Source of the DNA: an uncultured Spirosoma sp.
GTDB lineage: Bacteria > Bacteroidota > Bacteroidia > Cytophagales > Spirosomataceae
Direction: 5' to 3'
Length of the DNA: 32,832 bases
Assembly: GCA_964249775.1 (NCBI GenBank)
Contig: CAXUEB010000009.1
Location: forward strand, 1 to 32,832
Shown: piece by piece, positions 25,810 through 32,832 of the stretch
How the letters are laid out: the number at the start of each line of letters is the position of its first letter
Position numbering within the stretch: the stretch's first letter is position 1
The notes under the pieces: generated by a model
Seen by the model: the letters and a program-made list of their open reading frames with translations, nothing else
Told to the model about the DNA's origin: nothing
Databases searched by the model: none
Translations under genes and position numbers: made by a program

Positions 25810-28800
25810 TCAGAATTTGGCGTTGATGCCGAACGTAAATTGTTTGACGGCGGGCGTCTGTCCTTCGTTCACCGCGTCGAACGATTCATTGTCGATACCC
25901 TTGTAGCGCGAGCGGTACTCCGAGAAGTTGAAGGGCTGTTGCGCCGAAACATACACCCGCAGGCTGCTCATGCGGAATCGCTGCGTCAGCGAAGTTGGGA
26001 TGTTATAGCCGAGGTTAATGTTGCGCACCTTCAGGAAGGTGCCGCTGAAGTACTGGAGCGTCGACTGAAACACCGGAAACTCCTGGCTCTGGTTGGGCCG
26101 CGGAAACTCGTTAGTCGGGTTGTTGGGCGTCCAATAGTCAATGTTCAAATTATTGTAACGACCCGCCAGCGAGTTGAACGACGTGTGGAAACCGCTGCGG
26201 ATGGTACTGCCCACGCGGGCGAACAGGAAGAACGAAAAATCGAAGCCTTTGAAGTTGAACCGGTTGGTCATCCCCGCCGTGAACTCCGGTACCTGTGACC
26301 CGATAATGACCCGGTCGTCGGCGTTAATTCTGCCGTCGGGCTGGCCCGTCAGCGTTCCGTCGGCGGCCCGGCCGTTGTTGTCTTCCACTTTGATTTCGCC
26401 TACCTTCCGACCAAACTTGGCGGCTTCAGCTTCTTCGTTTGCCTGCCAGATGCCAATTTTCTTGTAGTCGAAGTAGGCCGTCAAGGGCTGACCGATAAAT
26501 CGGGCGTTGCCGATGTCATCAACCCGACCGTTGAATAGCTCAACAATGGATTCGCGGTTGCGCGCCCACTGAATGTCGGTGCTCCACTTAAAACCCGACG
26601 CCGTGTTTACGTTCACCGTTGTGAGCGTTACCTCTACCCCTTCGGTGCGGGTCTTACCCACGTTCCGCAACACGCTGGCGTAACCGCTGGTCAGGGGCAA
26701 TTGGTCCGACAACAGCAGGTCGCGGGTGTTGGCCCGGTACACTTCCAAAGACCCCGATATGCGGCCCCGGTACAAACTGAAGTCTAATCCAATGTTACCC
26801 GTAACGGTGGTTTCCCAGCGCAAATTAGGGTTACCGATGCTGCTTGGCAGGTAGCCGTAAGCCGGGGTCGTGCCGAAGGCGTAACTCGTGCGACCGAGCA
26901 GCGTTTGCGTTTGGTAGGGGTTGATGGCCGTGTTGCCCGTGGACCCGTAGCTGACGCGCAGTTTAAGCAGGTCGATAATCGGATTGCCTTTCAGAAACGA
27001 CTCATTCGTGATATTCCAGCCGACGGCCGCCGAGGGGAAGAAGCCGTACTTGTTGTTCCGACCGAACCGGCTCGAACCGTCGGCGCGGGCCGTCAAGGTC
27101 AGCAGGTATTTATCGTTGTAATCGTAGTTCAAACGGCCCATATATGAGTTCAGCGTCCACTGCGTCAGGTTGGTGCCAATGCTGCTGATGAGGGTGGCCT
27201 GACCGAGGTTATAAAACTGCTGCGTTTCGGCCGGGATGCCCGTTACGTTGATGAAACCGTCTTCAATGTCGTCGACTTGAATCGAGTGCAGGGCCGTCAA
27301 GTTCACATTGTGCACGTCCCGGAACGTTTTCTGATACGTTAGAATGTTTTCAAGCGTGTAGTTAAACTGGTACTGATAGCCCGTGAAGCCCGTTGGGTCG
27401 CCCGCGCGCCGAGCGTTGGTTTGGCTGCCAATAAACCGACCGATGCGCCGATTGGTGAAATCTGGTCCGAAGTTGACGCGGTACTTTAACCCGTCGATGA
27501 TATTCAGTTCGCCGTAAAGGCTGTTGAACATGCGAATACGCTTGAGCCGGTCGATTTGTGCGCCCGGAATGATTTCGGCGATGGGGTTAGTCCGCAGTCC
27601 GTCGGAGGTGGGCAGGAAAATCAGGTTGCCGTTGGCATCGTAGGGTTTGCCCAAGGGGTTTTCCTGCAACGCACCACCGTAGGGACTGAAGTTTTCGCCG
27701 TTCTGAATGCCGTACGCGCCCAGCGATGTAAGGCCCACGCGAATGCGCTTGTTAATCTGGTGATCGATGGCCAGCCGGAAGTTATAGCGCGTAAAATCTT
27801 GATTATAGATAATACCTTTCTCATTGAACACACCAACCGATAAACCGAACTGCGTTTTTTCGCTGCCGCCCAGTACCGATACGTTATGGCTCTGGATGGC
27901 ACCCGGCCGAATCAAATACGACTGGTAGTCGGTCGTGCGATTCTGAGCAATGCCTTCTAACTCAACGGCTTCAAATAGTTTTGAATCGGCGAATGCATCG
28001 ACCTGACCCGACGGCACAGGATTGCCGTTGGCGTCTTTATATCCACCGGTGCCCGATCCTAACGCCCGACGCGACTCACGTTTGTATTCGGCAAACTGCG
28101 GGCCGTCCATTACGTCAATCAAACTTAGCGGGCTGGACGAACCATAGTAGCTGTCTACGTTGACTTGCGTACCACCCGCTTTGCCGCGCTTGGTCGTCAC
28201 GATCACGACGCCATTTGCGCCCCGTGCGCCGTAGATGGCCGTTGCGCTGGCGTCTTTAAGGATTTCCATGCTGGCGATGTCGTTAGGGTTTACATCGTCG
28301 ATGTTGGTCGCCAGCGGAATGCCGTCCAGGACGTAAAGCGGGTCATTACTGGCGTTGATCGAACGCCGGGCGCGAATACGAACCGTCACGCCCGCACCGG
28401 GCCGGCTGCCATTCTGAATTACGTCGACCCCGGCCGCGCGACCTTGCAGCGCCTGCCGGGCGTTAAAAATGGGCAACTCGGCAATTTCTTTAGCCGATAC
28501 CGACGAGATTGCACCCGTTAACTGACTCTTCTTTTGCGTACCGTAACCAACCACGACGACTTCGTTCAACGAGCGGCTGTCGGTGTTCAGCGTCAGGTTA
28601 ACCGTGGATTGGTTGCCGACGGTAATTTCCTGTGGGACGAAGCCGACCGACGAAAACACCAGCACGGTCTGGTTGTTAGGAACCGGAATGCGGTATTCAC
28701 CGTTAGCGTCCGTCGTCGTACCGCGGGTGGTGCCTTTGATCGTCACACTGACGCCGGGCAGGGCGTTATTGTCGTCGCCCGATAGAATGCGGCCCGTTAC

Positions 28801-28962
28801 GGTACGCTCCTGCGTGGGCTGGTCAGCCACCGACAGCCGAGGCATTGGGGACGCGCTAAACGCCGGTTGGCCGAGCAGCGTCAGTGCCGTTAGGCCGAGC
28901 AGGGGAAGCCACGGCCGCCGGGAAAATGACGATCTGGCTGATTGGGTAAATGTTGTATTCAT
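25810..28962 (-). CDS. susC: SusC/RagA family TonB-dependent transporter (no N-terminal STN domain)
   Basis: CarbopepD_reg-like N-domain, EVVVVGYG, DPLYVLDG, LKDASATAIYGARGANGVVIVTTKRG, RADGSSRFG, GNPNLRWE, terminal Phe. Confidence 0.96.
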   Translation of the reverse strand: MNTTFTQSARSSFSRRPWLPLLGLTALTLLGQPAFSASPMPRLSVADQPTQERTVTGRILSGDDNNALPGVSVTIKGTTRGTTTDANGEYRIPVPNNQTVLVFSSVGFVPQEITVGNQSTVNLTLNTDSRSLNEVVVVGYGTQKKSQLTGAISSVSAKEIAELPIFNARQALQGRAAGVDVIQNGSRPGAGVTVRIRARRSINASNDPLYVLDGIPLATNIDDVNPNDIASMEILKDASATAIYGARGANGVVIVTTKRGKAGGTQVNVDSYYGSSSPLSLIDVMDGPQFAEYKRESRRALGSGTGGYKDANGNPVPSGQVDAFADSKLFEAVELEGIAQNRTTDYQSYLIRPGAIQSHNVSVLGGSEKTQFGLSVGVFNEKGIIYNQDFTRYNFRLAIDHQINKRIRVGLTSLGAYGIQNGENFSPYGGALQENPLGKPYDANGNLIFLPTSDGLRTNPIAEIIPGAQIDRLKRIRMFNSLYGELNIIDGLKYRVNFGPDFTNRRIGRFIGSQTNARRAGDPTGFTGYQYQFNYTLENILTYQKTFRDVHNVNLTALHSIQVDDIEDGFINVTGIPAETQQFYNLGQATLISSIGTNLTQWTLNSYMGRLNYDYNDKYLLTLTARADGSSRFGRNNKYGFFPSAAVGWNITNESFLKGNPIIDLLKLRVSYGSTGNTAINPYQTQTLLGRTSYAFGTTPAYGYLPSSIGNPNLRWETTVTGNIGLDFSLYRGRISGSLEVYRANTRDLLLSDQLPLTSGYASVLRNVGKTRTEGVEVTLTTVNVNTASGFKWSTDIQWARNRESIVELFNGRVDDIGNARFIGQPLTAYFDYKKIGIWQANEEAEAAKFGRKVGEIKVEDNNGRAADGTLTGQPDGRINADDRVIIGSQVPEFTAGMTNRFNFKGFDFSFFLFARVGSTIRSGFHTSFNSLAGRYNNLNIDYWTPNNPTNEFPRPNQSQEFPVFQSTLQYFSGTFLKVRNINLGYNIPTSLTQRFRMSSLRVYVSAQQPFNFSEYRSRYKGIDNESFDAVNEGQTPAVKQFTFGINAKF

Positions 28963-29070
28963 TACAGACAGGGGTTTAACTGCAAGTCAATCGAAAAATG
29001 AGAGACAAAAAGTAGGTCAACGAGCAATAATCAGTTGCTGTTATTGTACAAAAAGATTTTACCAAAGTGA

Positions 29071-29078
29071 CAAATATA
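29071..29078 (-). promoter_or_regulatory. -7 promoter box for susC
   Basis: TATATTTG on the minus strand about 110 nt upstream of the susC start. Confidence 0.55.
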
Positions 29079-29214
29079 AAAAGTAATCAGTATGTAACCA
29101 TCCTGCACTCTCCTGTTTTTCTAATTTTTACGATGATTAATGCAAATTTAATGCGCTTCGTAAGTCATCTTGGTTAAAAAGTAGGGAGCACAGTCTATTC
29201 CTTTGGTATTTCGA

Positions 29215-30000
29215 TCAAGGCAGCGTACGCACCCGACCAGATGCTACGTCAACGGAATCGCCGGGCCTAAGCCGGATTGGTGTTTGTTGCTTCACCAGTA
29301 AGTTTACTTCACCTGAACGTAGGGCTACCCGTGTTCCTTCGGACCGCTGCCGAACCCGGAACGTGGTTCCCAATGCTTCGACGGTTAAGTCAAGGGTGTG
29401 AACCCGGAACAGACGAGCCGACGATGTATCGGTGCGGTGAACGATAAAAAAATCGGCTTCACCTTGCAGCCAAACGGCCCGGGGCGCTTCGTCGGCCCAC
29501 TGACGGGCGTAGCGAACTTCACTGTGGGGGTGTAGGCAAACAATTGACTTATCGGGTAGGCGAATCTCGCGGCTTTCGGTGGTGGTGCTGATGGTCCGAA
29601 CGGCCTGATCGGGACCGTACTGCATCCACAACGCCCAACCCGACAGCAGCACGACGGCCAGTCCGGCCGCGACCGTCCGTAGAAAGTACCACCAGCCCAC
29701 CACCGCCCGCACATCGGGTTGCAGCGGTCGGACATCTTCCATGGTGCGCAGTGATTCCCGAATGCGTCCCCAAACCGTCGACACATCCTCCTGGCCGAAC
29801 GGAGGTTCGCTGGGTAACGACGCCGTCCTGACCAGTTCCCGCGCCGTTTCGACTGTATCCGTACAAGTTGGACACTGCGCCAGCCAGCCCTGCCAATGAG
29901 CAGCCACCTCGTCGTCGTCGGGGTGTTGCACCCAACGCACGAACAGAGCGTCGAGGGCTAACTCTTCGGCGGTATAGGTGGTATAAGGCTTATGTAGCAC
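29215..30000 (-). CDS. FecR family anti-sigma factor, short form lacking the C-terminal domain
   Basis: YTAEELALDALFVRWV N-terminus, TM helix, LPDKSIVCL, VWLQGEADF, VEALGTTF, L.SGEV, LRPG; ends at 261 aa. Confidence 0.85.
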   Translation of the reverse strand: MLHKPYTTYTAEELALDALFVRWVQHPDDDEVAAHWQGWLAQCPTCTDTVETARELVRTASLPSEPPFGQEDVSTVWGRIRESLRTMEDVRPLQPDVRAVVGWWYFLRTVAAGLAVVLLSGWALWMQYGPDQAVRTISTTTESREIRLPDKSIVCLHPHSEVRYARQWADEAPRAVWLQGEADFFIVHRTDTSSARLFRVHTLDLTVEALGTTFRVRQRSEGTRVALRSGEVNLLVKQQTPIRLRPGDSVDVASGRVRTLP

Positions 30001-30104
30001 GGTTCAAAGCAAGACGAGGTAGAACAGCAAAGAAGTCCCCTGGGGAATTCTACTTGTGTCACTCGGGAGACAAAGCACCAAACGAGTCAGGCTATCAATC
30101 TCCA

Positions 30105-30755
30105 TCAACGGCGCTCCGGCGGAGGAAATATTAAGCGTAGGTTACTGATTTCCAGAGCTGTAAGTAATTTGATTCGCTTTAAGTCAGGAAAATAAACTGG
30201 ATCGATTTGCAGATTAATGAGCCGGGCTAACCGGGCCAACCCGGAAGCCGAAGGCCGGGTCACCAACAAGCTTTGCTCTTGCTGTTGCGTTACCCGAAAG
30301 CCCGGCAACAGCTTGGTCGTGACCGGAACGCGCAGGCCCCACGGCTTGGCTCGTAAGCTAATGAACGGGTGGCCATCGTACCCGACGGTCACGCTGCGGC
30401 TCCCGTCGGGGTTGGTTGTAAACGAAAAGTCGGCGCGTTCTTTAGGAATGCCCCAGTTCCGGCGACCGTTCCAGACGCTGTCGTCCGTCGATACGTAAAT
30501 CTTAGAGATCGAAAAGCTGGTGATTTTACCGAACCGAAACAGGCCCGGAATAAACAGGACTTCCCCATAAGGCCCCACACCCGATTGGGTGTAGTCGGCC
30601 AGAATCACCGTCCCAACCCAGCCGCGGTAAGCTTTCTGCTGATACTCGGCCAAAAAGCCGAACCGGCGCACAAACGCTTCCGGGAAATGCGCAACAAGCA
30701 CCAGGGCGCTGCCGGTGAGCGTCCAGGGCGGTGGAGCCACAAACCATTTACTCAC
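30105..30755 (-). CDS. Acetoacetate decarboxylase (ADC) family protein
   Basis: APPPWTLTG, DYTQSGVGPYGE, KIYVS, GRRNWGIPKE (Schiff-base Lys motif). Start uncertain (GTG 30755 or 30740). Confidence 0.85.
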   Translation of the reverse strand: MSKWFVAPPPWTLTGSALVLVAHFPEAFVRRFGFLAEYQQKAYRGWVGTVILADYTQSGVGPYGEVLFIPGLFRFGKITSFSISKIYVSTDDSVWNGRRNWGIPKERADFSFTTNPDGSRSVTVGYDGHPFISLRAKPWGLRVPVTTKLLPGFRVTQQQEQSLLVTRPSASGLARLARLINLQIDPVYFPDLKRIKLLTALEISNLRLIFPPPERR

Positions 30756-31254
30756 TCGCTTCCTTCCGAGCTTCTTTAGCCTTTTTAGTATTCGCGACGC
30801 GCGTTTCACCCTCAGCCGAAGCCTTCAGCTTTTTGGCGTTGGTGGCTTTGCGTTCGGCCGGCGTCAGTTTCTCCCAGGCTTCGGCCGGGAGGTAACGAGC
30901 CGTTTTGTCGCCTTTGTCGGCGGGCGAGCCATCTTCGGTGCGCCAATCCTGGTCGGTCCATTCCTGGAGGTGCTGCTGCGACTCGGTGCGTTCGTTGCTG
31001 AGGTAGCCGCCCCCCGCCTTCTCGTATTCGTGAGTTAACAGTTGGGCTTTGCGAGCGCTCCATTGACCAGGCTTGCCACCTTTGTCGCCCGCCATGATTT
31101 CTTCTTTGATTTTCTCGCGTAAGTCGGGCTTGTCGTAGTTGCCCTTGTCGCCCTTTTTAGCGGCCGGTTTTGGTTTATCCGATGTTGGTTTTTCCGCTTT
31201 GGATTTCTCCGTTTTAACGTTTTCGGCCTTTGTGTCCGCAGTTTTCGTTGCCAT
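30748..31254 (-). CDS. DUF5872-like basic protein
   Basis: YDKPDLREKIKEEIMAGDKGGKPGQWSARKAQLL..EYEKAGGGY, WTDQDW, RYLP..AW, TNAKK; Lys-rich low-complexity N-terminus. Confidence 0.82.
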   Translation of the reverse strand: MATKTADTKAENVKTEKSKAEKPTSDKPKPAAKKGDKGNYDKPDLREKIKEEIMAGDKGGKPGQWSARKAQLLTHEYEKAGGGYLSNERTESQQHLQEWTDQDWRTEDGSPADKGDKTARYLPAEAWEKLTPAERKATNAKKLKASAEGETRVANTKKAKEARKEASE

Positions 31255-31408
31255 CGTATCGTTGCGTTTTGTGACAGCGACATAACCGCTTGTATTGGTA
31301 AAAGTTAGCGGATCCGCTTAACCGGCGGTGGGTCAGATTAAACCATTGTCATTTTTGTCCGTTATGGGTTCAACGACCATTCCTAAACTAACGACTCAGT
31401 AATAATGT

Positions 31409-32203
31409 ATGCGGTTACTTTGTGCACTGTGTATTAATCTTTCTTTGACTACTTGGGCGCAAACGGGCGCTACCTTTGAAGCACCCACTCCGCTTAAGCA
31501 ACCCACCAAAACCGATTCGGCCGGGGCGACCAAGTCCACTTCTTCCCCGCCTGTCTCGCTTAGCATTACGGTCTCGACCGATCAGCGTTTTTTCTTTTTT
31601 CACGACACTCGCAACGACGACAACCGCCGGACGCCGACTGCTGTCTACGGCGGTCGGGTGGGGTTTTTGTTTCCGACCCGACACCAGCGCGATAGTTGGC
31701 GCTTTCGGGGCGGGCACTCGGTCGCCTTTAAAACCGGCGTTGGATTTTACTTTAAAAACCAACGAATTGACCGACCGGGCTTACTACCCAATACATCGGC
31801 CTCGATGACGCGACGCCTGCGCTACGCAATGATGTTCTACGAGCCGTATCTGCTGCACCGAGGAACGTTGGCGATTAGTTTGCCTTTAGAATTGGGGTAT
31901 GGTCAGTCGCGTTACGAGCGTAACGATTATTTCGCCCGAAAGCACGAAATCGCCCGTGGCGTTTTTGTACCCGTCGGCGTCGGTGTTCAGACGACGTATC
32001 AATTTCCGTTTGCCCGATGGTTCCGGCCGCTCCATTGGTTCGGGTTAAACGTGCTGACCGGTTACCGATTCGTCTTGAAGCGGGATGTGCCCGGCAGTCA
32101 GGTCAATTACAATGGGTTGTATTTGTCGGGAGGGCCGTCATTTTTTCTCGAACCGCTACTGGCCGACCTTAGACGCTGGCGGCAGCGACGTAAAGAAAAG
32201 TAA
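31409..32203 (+). CDS. Hypothetical exported protein, probable outer-membrane beta-barrel
   Basis: Signal peptide (..TTWA-Q), Pro/Ser/Thr linker, amphipathic strands (LELGYG, VGVGVQ, LTGYRF, YNGLY). Confidence 0.72.
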   Translation: MRLLCALCINLSLTTWAQTGATFEAPTPLKQPTKTDSAGATKSTSSPPVSLSITVSTDQRFFFFHDTRNDDNRRTPTAVYGGRVGFLFPTRHQRDSWRFRGGHSVAFKTGVGFYFKNQRIDRPGLLPNTSASMTRRLRYAMMFYEPYLLHRGTLAISLPLELGYGQSRYERNDYFARKHEIARGVFVPVGVGVQTTYQFPFARWFRPLHWFGLNVLTGYRFVLKRDVPGSQVNYNGLYLSGGPSFFLEPLLADLRRWRQRRKEK

Positions 32204-32319
32204 CCGTTAATAGGCTTCAGCCACTGGCCCAAATAACAAAAATTAGAACGACGTTGGGTAGCTAAAAGTAGTGTCTTGGACAACGTAATTGAGTAGTAAA
32301 AATTAGTGAAAATTATTAG

Positions 32320-32332
32320 TAAGTGGTTGATT
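32320..32332 (-). promoter_or_regulatory. IHF-consensus site in AT-rich upstream region
   Basis: Minus strand AATCAACCACTTA is an exact match to WATCAANNNNTTR. Confidence 0.4.
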
Positions 32333-32432
32333 GTCAGTATCAAAATTTTCTAAAAATAAGCTAAGAAGCGACCCAATTTGGGCACTATCCGGCCCTCGGA
32401 TGGGTTATATTCATAGCTAACCAATCGACGTT

Positions 32433-32675
32433 ATGTACTGCATCAAGTGTGGCAATCCGATTCCCGAAGCACGGCTCAAGGCTCTTCCGACGGCTAAGAC
32501 GTGCGTCCAGTGTTCGCAGGCCCAGCGCGTAGCTGGCTTCCCGCTTATCACGGGCAAGACCGAGTATTCGGCCCTTCAGATTATGTCGCAGGCCGACGCC
32601 CAGCAGTTGCACAAGATGGGTGCCCGGCGTGGTACGGGTGCTTCGACCTACATGAAGCGCGAGAAGCGGACGTAG
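32433..32675 (+). CDS. Small protein with N-terminal DksA/TraR C4-type zinc finger
   Basis: C3-x2-C6-x17-C24-x2-C27 with IPEARLKALP; 80 aa. Confidence 0.85.
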   Translation: MYCIKCGNPIPEARLKALPTAKTCVQCSQAQRVAGFPLITGKTEYSALQIMSQADAQQLHKMGARRGTGASTYMKREKRT

Positions 32676-32716
32676 TTTCGCTTTACCCACCGTACCGTAT
32701 CGTTTTTACTTCGACC

Positions 32717-32765
32717 TTGGCAGGTTACCGGCCCGCTCCCCCCGGAGCCCGCCAATTTTTTTTTT
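32717..32765 (+). terminator. Probable intrinsic terminator
   Basis: Imperfect stem ttggcaggttaccgg / ccggagcccgccaa followed by T10. Confidence 0.5.
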
Positions 32766-32775
32766 ATTAGGCCAT

Positions 32776-32832
32776 ATTCGCCACAATGTTATACAGGGCA
32801 ACGGCATTGCCGGCATTACGGCCGCCCGCGAA
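32776..32832 (+). CDS. N-terminus of an NAD(P)/FAD-dependent oxidoreductase (runs off window; start codon degenerate)
   Basis: Frame reads IRHNVIQGNGIAGITAARE, a Rossmann GxGxAGxxAA motif. Confidence 0.55.
   Translation, partial: MRHNVIQGNGIAGITAARE

Noticed and set aside
30756-30809. Basic N-terminal extension MKRASRILKRLKK of the ADC protein
   Set aside because: Lies inside the DUF5872-like gene in another frame; homology-like sequence starts at APPPW.
1-32832. tRNA, rRNA, riboswitch, prophage or defence system; many 60-200 aa antisense ORFs
   Set aside because: No cloverleaf, rRNA or aptamer signature, and no phage structural, integrase or defence genes recognised by eye. The antisense ORFs are expected shadows in GC-rich coding DNA. 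A covariance-model scan would be needed to exclude ncRNAs.

Overview
GC-rich Bacteroidota chromosomal window. It looks Cytophagales/Spirosoma-like, judged from gene content, TAnnTTTG promoter boxes, SusC/SusD and FecR/ECF genes. About 30 genes are present, mostly housekeeping: rarA, argG and argC with a glycosyltransferase between them, accC, rfbC and pyrF. There is also a lipid-related neighbourhood: a DAG/sphingosine-kinase family gene with an unannotated 37-aa membrane ORF, an acyltransferase broken by one in-frame TAG, a MaoC dehydratase, and a PLP alpha-oxoamine synthase that looks like the cysteate acyltransferase of sulfonolipid synthesis. A SusC/SusD locus carries no glycoside hydrolase; instead it has an exported oxidoreductase, a DUF1080 protein and a TIM-barrel enzyme, suggesting a 3-keto-glycoside pathway. 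Smaller signals are an AT-rich islet after rarA (Imm32-like remnant, orphan lipoprotein, nested operator-like repeats), a REP doublet, inverted heptamer arrays, a truncated orphan FecR, a DUF5872/ADC pair with ECF-like promoters, and an inverted-architecture DksA/TraR zinc-finger gene. I saw no rRNA, tRNA, CRISPR array, integrase or transposase. All family assignments come from remembered motifs, not database searches.
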